A stretch of 64,000 bases of DNA from Octopus sinensis (lineage: Eukaryota): contig NC_042998.1 of the NCBI RefSeq assembly GCF_006345805.1, positions 27,466,001 through 27,530,000 on the forward strand, read 5' to 3'. Shown here one piece after another: positions 13,334 through 25,209 of this stretch (positions are counted from its first letter, which is position 1; the number at the start of each line of letters is the position of its first letter). A program made the position numbers and the translations under genes. The notes under the pieces are model-generated. The model did not search any database, was not told the origin of the DNA, and saw only the letters and a program-made list of their open reading frames with translations.

Positions 13334-13777
13334 GTTAAGGTAGCAAAATGGCAGAATTGTTAATATTCCAGGCAAAATGCTTAACCCTTTAACATTCAGA
13401 TTAATCTGTCAAATGTAAAGCCTGTTTAATTACATTGTTTTAAATTAATTGTACAGCATCTTGTAACTCTGAGATTTTGATGATGTCCCTGTTTATTTTT
13501 AGAATGACTTTGTAGGGTAGGTGTGAGAGGTCAGAGCTGGCTGGTTTGAGCATATAACAGGAAGACAATTTTGGCCTGATATGGCCGGTTTAAACACTAA
13601 AGGGTTAATAGCAGCTAGTCCATCTTCATGTTTTGAGTTCAAATTTGGCAGAGGTTGACTTTACCTTTTAACATTTTGGGGGTCAACAAAATAAGTACCA
13701 GTTGAAGACTAGGGTCAATGTAATCAACTTACCCCTTCCTCAGAAATTACTGGCCTTTTGCCAAAATTTGAAACTAG
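13334..13777 (+). mobile_element. SINE-B (tail 3) with 13-bp TSD tatactaaaagaa, interrupted by a MITE
   Basis: TSD at 13321-13333 and 13778-13790; head split at aatgc|ttaa. Confidence 0.85.
13381..13608 (+). mobile_element. piggyBac-like MITE, type 2, nested in SINE-B
   Basis: TIRs ttaacccttta / taaagggttaa; homologues at 44874-45102 and 47738-47966. Confidence 0.85.
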
Positions 13778-13998
13778 TATACTAAAAGAATTTCGGTGTT
13801 ACTAATGAAGAAATGTTTCCAGAATATCTTCGGAAGCATTTAAATCCAGATGGTATGAAAAGCATTCTATTTCAGCTGTTTTCTTGGTATAAGTTAATCT
13901 TTTAAATATGTGTCTGATTGGCAACATTGAGGCACAACTATTTTGAACTCTTACATAGAATTATGTCAATGATTTCTCTTTTATTCTACATCCCACAG

Positions 13999-14071
13999 AT
14001 GCGTTTCTACATTTTTCTGATTCATCTTCTTGTATCTTGCTCTTTCTCAGCATCACCAATCTGGAAATGTG
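13999..14071 (+). CDS. Candidate exon; phase 0 reads as signal-peptide-like MRFYIFLIHLLVSCSFSASPIWKC
   Basis: Acceptor ttattctacatcccacag|ATG, donor TGTG|gtaac; a second frame is also open, so the reading frame is ambiguous. Confidence 0.3.
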
Positions 14072-14377
14072 GTAACATGACTTTTTTATTGACTGACATT
14101 TAATCAAACACCTTTTCAACAAAATGACAATATATATATCATAGAATAATTTTGTAAATATATTATTTTGTCGAGTAATATCTTTAGTCAACAATCATAT
14201 GATTTTTCATTGTTGCTTAATATGATTTTATGGGCATCAAAACTCGTTAACTAATCAATCAATACAGTTCAGAATTCACTAGGTCTTCACTTGTCTGCTT
14301 CATAGTATTTATTTCAGTTTATACTTTAGAGAAGAAGTTTGTGTTGAGAAGAGGAAAAGCCTTAATGGTATTTCTTT

Positions 14378-14980
14378 AAAGGCAGCGAGCTGGCAGAAAC
14401 GTTAGCACGCCAGGCAAAATACTTAGCGGTATTTCATCTGCCGCTACGTTCTGAGTTCAAATTCCGCCGAGGTCGACTTTGCCTTTCATCCTTTCGGGGT
14501 CGATTAATTAAGTACCAGTTACGCACTGGGGTCGATATAATTGACTTAATCCATTTGTCTGTCCTTGTTTGTCCTCTCTGTGTTTAGCCCCTTGTGGGTA
14601 GTAAAGAAATAGTTATTTCGTCTGCTTCTACGTTCTGAGTTCAAATTCCGCCGAGCTCAACTTTGCCTTTCATCCTTTCGGGGGTTGATAAATAAGTACC
14701 AGTTACATACTGGGGTTGATGTAATCGACTTAATCCGTTTGTCTGTCCTTGCTTGTCCTCTCTGTGTTTAGCCCCTTGTGGGCGGTAAAGAAATAGGTAT
14801 TTCGTCTGCCGCTACGTTCTGAGTTCAAATTCTGCCGAGGTCGACTTTGCCTTTCATCCTTTCAGGGTCGATTAAATAAGTACCAGTTACGCACTGGGGT
14901 TGATATAATCGACTTAATCCGTTTGTCTGTCCTTGTTTGTCCTCTCTATGTTTAGCCCCTTGTGGGTAGTAAAGAAATAG
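14378..14980 (+). mobile_element. Young SINE-B (tail 1) head-to-tail trimer, 184-bp period
   Basis: Unit starts at 14429, 14613 and 14797, next gtatttc at 14981; gtatttctt flanks both ends. Confidence 0.92.
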
Positions 14981-15714
14981 GTATTTCTTATAAAAGTGAC
15001 AAGACTGTCAACAACGTTGCATTCTGGAATTGTGACAAAACTTTTGACTTCTCTCTTTTATCATTTACTTGTTTTAAGTCATTGAACTGCAAATATGTTA
15101 GGGCACCACCTACAAGGGTTTAGTCAAACATATTTTTCATAAGGTTCTTTTGCTGAAGATAAGTTATGGGAATGTAAACAAACCAACACCAGTTTTCAAG
15201 CAGTGGAGGGGGACAAGCAAAGACACTCCACCCCACAATTAACAGGCTTCTTTCACTTTCCATTTACCAAATCTACACTCAGGGTACCAGCGTAGCTGGC
15301 GATGGTGGTGGTGTGGTAGGGGTGGTCTGCTCCTGGTGGCACTTTTGGGTCTGCTGTAGGCATTGTGTATTTTTTTCAGGCCTTGTGTCCTAGAGTAGAA
15401 AAGGATAATATTCAAGGCAGTGAGCTGGCAGAAATGTTAGCACGCTGGGCGAAATGCTTAACGGTATTTCATCTGTCCATATGTTCTGAGTTCAAATTCC
15501 ACCAAGGTCGACTTTGCCTTTCATCCTTTCAGGGGTCGATAAATTACGTACCAGTTACGTACTGGGGTTGATCTAATCGACAGGTTCCTTTCCCCAAAAT
15601 TTTGGGCCTTGTGCCTAGATTAGAAAAGAATATATTTAGAAGGTTGATTGTTATAGACAGTCAGTGAGTGACCATTGATTTCGCATACATATGTACATGT
15701 ATGTATATAAATAT

Positions 15715-16075
15715 ATATCCGAACGTGGCCGATGCCAACGCCGCCTCGACTGGCTTCTGTGCCGGTGGCACGTAAAAACCACCATCCGAACGTGGCCGAT
15801 GCCAGCACCGCCTTGACTGGCTTCCATGCCGGTGGCACGTTAAAAGCACCAACCGATTGTGGCCACTGCAAGACTCCCCTGGCACCTGTGCCGGTAGCAT
15901 GTAAAAAGCACCCACTACACTCGCAGAGTGGTTGGCATTAGGAAGGGCATCCAGCTGTAGAAACACTGCCAGATCAGACTGGAGCCTGGTGCAGCATCTG
16001 GCTTCCCAGACCCCAGTCGAACCGTCCAACACGTGCTAGCATGGAAAACAGATGTTAAACGATGATGATGATATA
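15715..16075 (+). mobile_element. RTE LINE 3' end with tandem units
   Basis: ccgaacgtggccgatgcc units, terminal motif, (GAT)n tail. Confidence 0.85.
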
Positions 16076-16325
16076 TATCTTTAGTTGTTCATAAATCTGA
16101 AAAAGGCACATACTCTAAAACGTTAAAGCAGTAGTATATTTAGAAGTATGTTTATTATGACTGGTCAGAGGGTGACCATTGATTTCACACCTATAAGGTG
16201 CTTAACTTATGGGTGACTCATCAGATTTGAGTTTGACAAGTTGGCTATAGAGCTAAGCGCTTTGTAGTTGCAAAACCACTGTCACTCTTTGACTGGCCAT
16301 AACAAACAAGTTTCTATATATATAT

Positions 16326-16790
16326 ATCATCATCATCATCATCATTTAGCGTCCGTTTTCCATGCTAGCATGGGTTGGACAGTTTAACTGGGGTCTGTGA
16401 AGCCGGGAGGCTTCATCAGGCCCAGTCAGATTTGGCAGTGTTTCTACGGCTGGATGCCCTTCCTAACGCCAACCACTCCGTGAGTGTAGTGGGTGCTTTT
16501 TACGTGCCACCTGCACAGGTGCCAGACAAGCTGGCAAACGGCCACGAACGGATGCTGCTTTTACGTGCTACCAGCACAGGGGCCAGGCGAGGCTGGCAAC
16601 GGACACGAACGGATGCTGCTTTTACGTGCTACCGGCACGGGGGCCAGGCAAGGCTGGCAACAGACACGAGCGGATGGTGCTTTTACGTGCCAACGGCACG
16701 GGGGCCAGGCGAGGGTGGCAACGGACAAACGATCGGATGGTTTGCTTAACCACAGCTGCAATTTCCACTGATGTTGATTTGGTTTGATTT
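16326..16790 (-). mobile_element. RTE LINE 3' end with about four tandem units
   Basis: Same subfamily as 2128-2776 (ggcaacggccacgaacggatg units). Confidence 0.85.
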
Positions 16791-16831
16791 TGACTGTTCT
16801 CACTGATATATATATACACACACATATATAT

Positions 16832-17245
16832 ATTCTTTTACTTGTTTCAGTCATTTGACTGCAGCCATGCTGGAGCACCAACTTTTAGTTGAACAAATTG
16901 ACCCCAGGATTTATTCTTTGTAAGCCTAGTATTTATTCTGCCGGTCTCTTTTGTTGAACTGCTAAGTTACGCGGACGTAAACACACCAGCATTGGTTGTC
17001 AAGTGATGGTTGGGGGGTGGGGTGGAGACATACACAAATAACAAATACATACATATATGTGCGCACACACACACACATATATAACAGGCTTCTTTCAGTT
17101 TTCATCTACCAAATCCACTCACAAGGCTTTGGTTGGCTTGAGGTTATAGTAGAAGACACTTGCTGAAGGTGCCACACAGTGGGACTGAACCTGGAACCAT
17201 GTGATTGGAAAACAAGCTTCTTATCACATAGCTAGATAGATAGAA

Positions 17246-17280
<35 letters not shown>

Positions 17281-17766
17281 TATAGATATACATATGTTCT
17301 ATATACACATACTTTATGAATTTCACCTTGAGAATTTTGACAGATAAATCTGTTCCAGTTTCTGTAGAATTTACTCTTTTACTTGTTTCAGTCATTTGAC
17401 TGCGGCCATGCTGGAGTACCGCCTTTAGTCGAGCAAATCGACCCCGGGACTTATTCTTTTTGTAAGCCCAGTACTTATTCTATCGGTCACTTTTTGCCGA
17501 ACCGCTAAGTGACGGGGACGTAAACACACCAGCATCGGTTGTCACGCAATGCTAGGGGAACAAACACAGACACACAAACACACACACATACATATATATA
17601 TATACATATATACGACAGGCTTCTTTCAGTTTCCGTCTACCAAATCCACTCACAAGGCTTTGGTCGGCCTGAGGCTATAGTAGAAGACACTTGCCCAAGG
17701 TGCCACGCAGTGGGACTGAACCCGGAACCATGTGGTTGGTAAACAAGCTACTTACCACACAGCCAC
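16832..17766 (-). mobile_element. Two SINE-A copies: older 16832-17232, young 17373-17766
   Basis: Second copy is near-identical to the other young copies and is flanked by an 87-bp direct repeat. Confidence 0.9.
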
Positions 17767-18664
17767 ATATACATATGTTTTATATACACCTACTTTATGA
17801 ATTTCACCTTGAGAATTTTGACAAATAAATCTGTTCCAGTTTCTATAGAATTTGTCAATAATATTAACATACAACTATAAATAATGTTTCTCCTTTTGCA
17901 TAAATATTAGAATGTTACTTTTCTTTATCCTATCCAGAAATATTCTGTTCCACTAAGAGAGACAGAGATGACTTCATAAGTTTGTCTCATTTGACTTCCT
18001 TAACTTTAACGGTACTTAAAGCAGTGAAGAAATCTGATTTTTTTCAAGCTTGTTTTTTTTTTTTCTTTCTCTCTTAAAGCATACTTCAAACATTGGTTGT
18101 TTTCGTATTTAGATTTGTATTCCTTTTTGCCATTTCAATTTTAGTGCTTACAGCTACTTCCTTTTTTTTTTTTTTTCTTCCTGGTGTTAAATATCTCATG
18201 ACAAACTCATTAATTATCTCTATTAGTTAGACAAGCACGAGGTTATAATTATATAAAGATGTTGCTTATTAACAAAAAAAAACCCAGCAAAATAAAAAAA
18301 AAACTGATTGTTTCTCAGATGTTTTAAATTAAATAATTATATCGTGAGGAAGGAAGAGTGATGTTAGCTGCTTAAATCAAATAACCTTCCTAGGTTGGTA
18401 ATATTTAATTTAAAAGGGTTTGTTTTTGATCTTTGTTGGTGACATCAATTGGTTTAGTACAAAGAATTTGTGCCCTCTCATTAGGGGTGGATTGTTGTTA
18501 CAAATTTTTATTGTAAATTTTGTCTTTAAACTCTCGGTTTTCCTTCCTTATTCTTAGCCCTTATGCAAAACATATCACAGTGTATCTGGAACCCTAGGCT
18601 AGTCATTATTAAGTCATTATTGAGAAAGGTTATGATCACAGGTGGTCTAGCTTATGACCCTACC

Positions 18665-19065
18665 ATCAGGAGTGGCTGTGTGGTAAGTAGCATGCTTACC
18701 AATCACATGGTTCTGGGTTCAGTCCCACTGCGTGGCACCTTGGGCAAGTGTCTTCTATTATAGCCTTGGACCGACCAAAGCCTTGTGAGTGGATTTTGTA
18801 GACGGAAACTCAAAAAAGCTCGTCGTATATATGTATATATATATATATATATGTATGTGAGTATATGTTTGTGTGTCTGTGTTTGTCCTCCCAACATAGC
18901 TTGACAACCGATGCTGGTGTGTTTACGTCCACGTAACTTAGTGGTTTGGCAAAGGAGACTGATAGAATAAGTACTAGGCTTACAAAGAATAAGTGCTGGG
19001 GTCGATTTGCTCGACTAAAGGCGGTGCTCCAGCATGGCCGCAGTCAAATGACTGAAACAAGTATA
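18665..19065 (+). mobile_element. SINE-A, full length
   Basis: Head, core, TA/GT microsatellite and tail all present. Confidence 0.9.
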
Positions 19066-19087
19066 AGAGATATATCTAGGAGTACAT

Positions 19088-19441
19088 CATTGGTTCTTAA
19101 CAAGGGTCCATATGGCACATGCTATATAGCGCCTGAAGGTCCATATAAGATTTTGGGGGGGGTCTACACAACAAAATAGTAAATAAAATTTTAAGGGCCC
19201 CCGAAAAATTTTTCTTTAGATGTATGTATTGGTATGTATTGTTAGAAACAGCTAGAGTTCTTTCTGGAATGTTTTACATAGTTCAACCTACATAAATTAA
19301 TGTGTGGTAAAAAGAAAAAAAGGGAATTCTGAAAGAGGTTTCTGTAAAACTAGTTTTTAAACATTGAATGTCTATGGCGGTCCACCAGAATAAAATAGTA
19401 ATCAAAGGGGTTCATAGACAAAAAATGGTTGAGAACCTCTG
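19088..19441. mobile_element. hAT-like MITE
   Basis: TIRs cattggttcttaac / gttgagaacctctg; degraded 8-bp TSD gagtacat / gactatat. Confidence 0.6.
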
Positions 19442-19920
19442 GACTATATTTTTCAAAATCATTCTTTTTTGCAAATGGGTGTGATCTGAGAGAGGTTTGG
19501 CTGCTATTTCCAGAAGACTTGATGACCACATAGGGTCTGCCTCACTGGCTGGTATATAAGAGGTTTAAAAACAATTTTAAGTGGGTGTGATCTGAGAAAG
19601 ATTTGGCTGCTATTTCCAGACCACATAGGGTCTGCCTCACTGGTTGGTATATAAGAGGTTTAAAAAAAATTTCTTTTCTTTTTTTTTTATGGAATTGGTC
19701 TTAAGGAAAGGGCTGTACTCATGGCTTTGAAATGGTCTTCCAACACTGATGGGGTCAATATGAGAAATGTTCCTTTTGAACACTTTTTAAAACATTTTCA
19801 AGTTGAAAGAAAATGTGTGCTCACAATGGGAATAACAAGGAATGATGTTTTAGTGGGGAAGGACCTGAGCCTGAGGGTAGACAGCAGAGCTGAATGCGAA
19901 TGATCACTTGTTCAAATAAC

Positions 19921-19984
<64 letters not shown>

Positions 19985-20044
19985 ATCATCATTTAACATC
20001 TGTTTTCCATGCTGGCATGAGTTGGAGGATCTGACCAGAATGTA

Positions 20045-20076
<32 letters not shown>

Positions 20077-20090
20077 ATTTAAATATATAT

Positions 20091-20525
20091 ATCATTATCA
20101 TCGTTTAACATCTGCTTTCCATGCTAGCATGGGTTGGACGATTTGACTGAGGGCTGGCGAACCAGATGGCTGCATCAGGCTCTTATCTGATCTGGCAGAG
20201 CTTCTACAGCTGGATGCCCTTCCTAACGCCAACCACTCTGAGAGTGTAGTGGGTGCTTTTACATGCCACCGGCACGAGGGCCAGTTTGGCGGTACTGGCA
20301 ATGGTGACACTCAAATGGTGATTTTTACATGCCACCTGCACAGGAGCCAGTCCAGTGGCACTGGCAACGACCTCGCTCAAATGTTTTTCACGTGCCAGTA
20401 AGGCCACGGTGGTAACGATCACACTCGAATGGTGCTTTTTACGTGCCACTGGCACAGAAGCCAGTTTGTTGCTCTGGCATTGATCACACTCGGATAGTGC
20501 TCTTAGCGCTCTACAAGCACGGAAG
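20091..20525 (-). mobile_element. RTE LINE 3' end with tandem units
   Basis: Same subfamily as 7925-8470. Confidence 0.85.
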
Positions 20526-20582
20526 CCAATATATATATGTATATATATATATGTATATATATATGTATATGTAAAAAAACAC

Positions 20583-21080
20583 AAACCGGGTCAAGAACGC
20601 AAAACATTTAGAAGACGATACCAAAATCACGGACGGGACATTCAAAGCCTTCAATCTTCAGTCAAGAACCGGATCATCCTCACAATTTCGGCTGATTAAT
20701 CTTGAGATTGCTCCGACCTGGCCAGCCCCAAAGGAAAATCTAAGCCAAGCGCATTAGATTCCTTGGAAGAAAGCCTCGAATGTATACAAAACAAGGACGG
20801 GAACGAATAAAAATACAAAAATACGTAAAAATAATAATGATAACACGAATAAGAATACGAAAATACGTAAAAACAATAAGGATAACAATAATAACAAAAA
20901 CAGGATGTCACAGACAGGCGTCTTTTTGACAGGACTGATGAACTTGAGCTGGCGCATTGGAAAAAATGCCTTGAGGCAAAGAGAGAAAAAAATGTGTCTA
21001 GCCTAGCCGGCTGCTGACCACGAAAAGGCAGGGCAGCAGTCCAAAGTTAGTCACGTGTGAGAAGAGAGAGGAGAAAAGAG
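20583..21080. repeat. Unclassified CpG-retaining interspersed repeat; distantly related sequence in the opposite orientation at about 53030-53520
   Basis: Shared gtcacgtgt...gagagag motif and a cgaaat...ctga(a/c)ga arrangement; class not determined. Confidence 0.4.
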
Positions 21081-21796
21081 GGACAGAGGAAGAGAGAAAA
21101 AAGGGAACAAGGAACAAAGGAGGAGGCGAAGGGAGAGAGAGAGATCAAAGTGGATTGCAAAGTGTGAAAGGCAGAGAAATATTGATAATGAGGAGAATGA
21201 AGAATTTGAACAGTTGCGAAAAGCAGCTCATCTAAAAGAATGTCATGGTTTACTACTACTACTACTACCAAGCCTAATTCAAACTAATCGCGAAGGAAAA
21301 TTCCTCTTTGAACAATGTCATACTTATATATCTTGAAGAGATCATACTAATAATGCATAAATCGCTGCATATAAATGTGCAACATTATGCAGTTAATGTG
21401 ATCGAAGCAACTGTCAGACAATTATTATGAATAATCTAACTGGAAATAAATATTAAGTTTGAATGTTCAAATTCTTCATTCTCCCTAATTACCAATATTG
21501 TACTTTACACTCTAAGTAGCTGAGAAATAGACTGCAACATCAGAGCTAAAGGAAGTTTACCAAAAAATTTATCATCTGAAGGAACCAGCCTTGGCGTTTT
21601 ACTAAGAGAAATTCATTATCTTCCTGGATATTATATCCCTCCTCTTATTATGTATAAGAAATTATAGAAAAGAATGGAGAGTTATACATCCTCAAAACTA
21701 GTTTATTACAGAATAATATACACAATACTTTCTATGCACAGAAACACGTGTTGGACTGAAACAAGTAACAGAAAATATATATATATTCATATATGA

Positions 21797-21985
21797 TATC
21801 ATCATCATCATCGTTTAATGTCCGTTTTCCGTGCAAGCACGGGTTGGACGGTTCGACCGGGGTCTGGAAAGCCAGGAGGCGGCACCAGGTTCCAGTCTGA
21901 TCTGGCAGTGTTTCTACAGCTGGATGCCCTTCCTAACGTCAACCACTCCGTGAGTGTAGTGGATGCTTTTTACGTGCCACCAGAG
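21797..21985 (-). mobile_element. Short RTE 3' end
   Basis: Terminal motif and (GAT)n tail. Confidence 0.85.
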
Positions 21986-21986
21986 G

Positions 21987-22025
<39 letters not shown>

Positions 22026-22040
22026 ACAAAATTTTATAGA

Positions 22041-22160
22041 GTTATCCAAGGCTTCATGCTCACAAAACAAGGCCTTGTGGACAGCTTGTCAGACTCTATA
22101 TATAGCGTCTGATGAGCTGTCCACAAGGCTTTACTTTGTGTGCGCAAAGCCTTGGGTAAC
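22041..22160. repeat. 120-bp imperfect palindrome (60-bp arms, no spacer)
   Basis: Arms complementary at about 80 percent of positions, centred on tatatata at 22100/22101. Confidence 0.92.
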
Positions 22161-22899
22161 TGTGTGTGTGTATATATATATATATACATGAGAAAGAGAG
22201 AAGGTAGTTATTATCCAAGAATTATATAACATTCTTAATATTTGATATCCGTGATTCGTATTTGGAAAGGCATCTTGTTAGAACACTTGTGCCAAGAATT
22301 AATGTAAATCTTCAAATATTCTGATATGTCCAACTCCTTAGGTTGTAATTATTTTTCAAGTATTGATGTCGTTGCCTTCTTGAACTGCTATTAAAATGAA
22401 TATAAACTTTTATAGATTATTTCTGAAAATATAATTAGGTATGTAGAATGAAAAATAATAAAAATGTTGCGTTTATTTTATTATGCATGAAAAAAAAAAT
22501 CAATAGAATTTCATTGGTAATTATCCTACTTTTTTTCTCTTTTTAAAGTACTAGTAGAGAGGAAGATATATCAAAAATTTATTTATGGAATTCATGCCTT
22601 ATTATATTTCCACTTGTGTTTCAAGTGAAAATTATAATTTCGGTCTTATCTCAACACTTTACGATTTATGACATCATCCCGACAATCTGTCTCCAAATTA
22701 TGGAAGAAGTGAGATTCTAGGCTGCCGCAACCAAATGGGATTAATTTACAATTCATATAAATCAAGCATATGGAAAAAGTCTCTAAGTGGTTGCTGAAGC
22801 TGCTAAAAATAACAGTCGAACAAATCTCTTTCGAAATGTACTCTTACTATCTTTAAAAAAAATAGCACATTAAACAGCTGTATTGATGTGATGATAAAC

Positions 22900-23290
22900 A
22901 GGCTGTGTGGTAAGTAGCTTACTTACGAATCACTTGGTTCCGGGTTCAGTCCCACTGCGTGGCACCTTGGGCAAGTGTCTTCTATAGCTTCGGGCCTTGT
23001 GAGTGGATTTGGTAGATGGAAACTGAAAGAAGCCTGTCATATATATGTATTTATACATATATGTATGTGTGTGTATATGTTTGTGTATATGTTTGTGAGT
23101 CTGTGTTTATCCTCCCAACATCGCTTGACAACTGATGCTGGTGTGTTTACGTCCCCGCAACTTAGCAGTTCGGCAAAAGAGACCGATAGAATAAGTACTA
23201 GGCTTCCAAAGAATAAGTCCTGGGGTCGATTTGCTCATCTAAAGGCGGTGCTCCAGCATGGCCACAGTCAAATGACTGAAACAAGTAAAA
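22900..23290 (+). mobile_element. SINE-A
   Basis: Family similarity. Confidence 0.88.
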
Positions 23291-23659
23291 AAAAAAAGAA
23301 GTTTTTTTCATCTTAGCCTTAGTGTCCATATTTGTCAAAGAATTGCTGTCTTTGTTTGAACATTGTTTTTGTAGTAACAGACAATTGAATCGCCACAAGT
23401 CTGACAAATGAAAACAGTTTTGTACTCTATACATTAACTAGAATTCTAGAATGGATTCAGCAGTTATAATAGGGAGAGGTGAGGCTCTAACTGTAGGACA
23501 GACCTAGGGTACTGTTTCCCTTGGCATCAACTATGTCCTCATGGCTTCTTAGTTAGAATCTTGAACAGGTATTTTATGGACTCTCCCTTCCCTTTCTAAA
23601 CTCAACTGCCCACTTTTGCACTGTTGATAAAGCTGGAACATCATTCCCTAATTTAGCAC

Positions 23660-24112
23660 TTGTGCTAGTGGAGCGCTAAGAGTACCATATGAGCATGATT
23701 GTTGCCAGAGCAACAAGCTGGTCTCCGTGCTGGTGGAACGTAAAAAACACCATTCGAGTGTGATCGTTACCTCCGTTGCCTTACTGGCACTTGTGCTGGA
23801 GGCACGTGAAAAAACATTCGAGCGAGGTCATTGCAAGTGCCACTGGACTGGCTCCTGTGCAGGTGGCACATAAAAAGCACCATTTGAGTGTGGCTGTTGC
23901 TAGTACTGCCTGACTGGTCATCATGCCGGTGGCACGTAAAAGCACCCACTACACTCTTGGAGTGGTTGGCATTAGGAAGGGCATCTAGCTGTAGAAACTT
24001 TGCAAGATCAGATTGGAGTCTGGTGCAGCCATCTGGTTCGCCAGTCCTCAGTCAAATCGTCCAACCCATGCTAGCATGGAAAGCGGACGTTAAACGATGA
24101 TGATGATGATGT
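23660..24112 (+). mobile_element. RTE LINE 3' end with tandem units
   Basis: Family similarity, (GAT)n tail. Confidence 0.85.
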
Positions 24113-24610
24113 CAGCATGAATGTCCTAGGGGCTAAAATCTTTTTCTGTAGGTACTTGGCACCACGATTTTATCCATTCTCAAGAGAAGTCACTACTAGT
24201 TACTTTTGAAGTCTTCTCTGAACAGTAAAATATAAGTTTACCTGGAAAGAAACAATTCAGTTATTAATAAAAAGTGTTGAAATATTTAAAAGATTTCACA
24301 GCTCTAGCATCTCTCCTTCATAGTCAGCCTATGAACTTTTTAATCCACCCTCGTATCTCTACGTAGGACACTCTTTTATGTGCCTTAGTTCAGCCAGCTC
24401 GATTTAGGAATTGTTACCTTGGTAGATTTGCGTCCTATCAAGGGGATATTGATCTTACTTTAAGGGGTTAAGTCCTTGGAGATTTTTAAAATTATAAAAA
24501 GATCAAACGTTGTTATTTATTGTTTAAAAGCTATTCATGGTTACTTCATAATTTTTGTTCTATTAAGACTATTAAGATTTTAAAAAGGCATTGGAAACTA
24601 ACATTTCTGG

Positions 24611-24611
24611 A

Positions 24612-24702
<91 letters not shown>

Positions 24703-24788
24703 CAGAGAGAGACAGACAGACAGACGACAGACAGACAGACAGAAGACAGACAGACAGACAGACAGACAGAGAGAGAGAGAGGACAGAC

Positions 24789-24823
<35 letters not shown>

Positions 24824-25005
24824 AAAAAGAGACAGACAGACAGAAAGAGAGAGAGATAGAGACAGACAGACAGAGAAAGAGACAGACAGAGAGAGACAGA
24901 CAAACAGATAGAGAAAGAGAGAGAGAGAAAAAGAGAGACAGAGAGAGAGAGAGGACAGACAGAGAGAGAGAGAAAAAGAGAGAGACAGACAGACAGATAC
25001 AGAGA
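24611..25005. repeat. (GA)n/(GACA)n compound microsatellite
   Basis: Direct reading. Confidence 0.97.
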
Positions 25006-25049
25006 GGGTCTAATAGAATACATATGTAATAATCCATCTGACAGAGTTA

Positions 25050-25209
25050 CAAGGGAGGCAACTCTAGGATACCGTTTGTTCGAAGCTAATTTTAGGGGGA
25101 AAGAAAGTGAAGAATAGTGGATTGAATCGATCGAAGTTATTTTAGTTTTATATTGATAGTACAGACTTGCAAACCGAGCTCTGACTGTGGAGAGACGACG
25201 ACGTCGATG
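25050..25209 (+). promoter_or_regulatory. Candidate first exon or promoter ending in ATG|gtgagt
   Basis: Locally CpG-rich non-repeat sequence after a GA tract; consensus donor at 25210; 5' boundary is a guess. Confidence 0.3.

Noticed and set aside
20600-20720. Possible hammerhead (ctgaaga...gaa) on the minus strand
   Set aside because: Could not build canonical stems II and III; motif order and spacing do not fit
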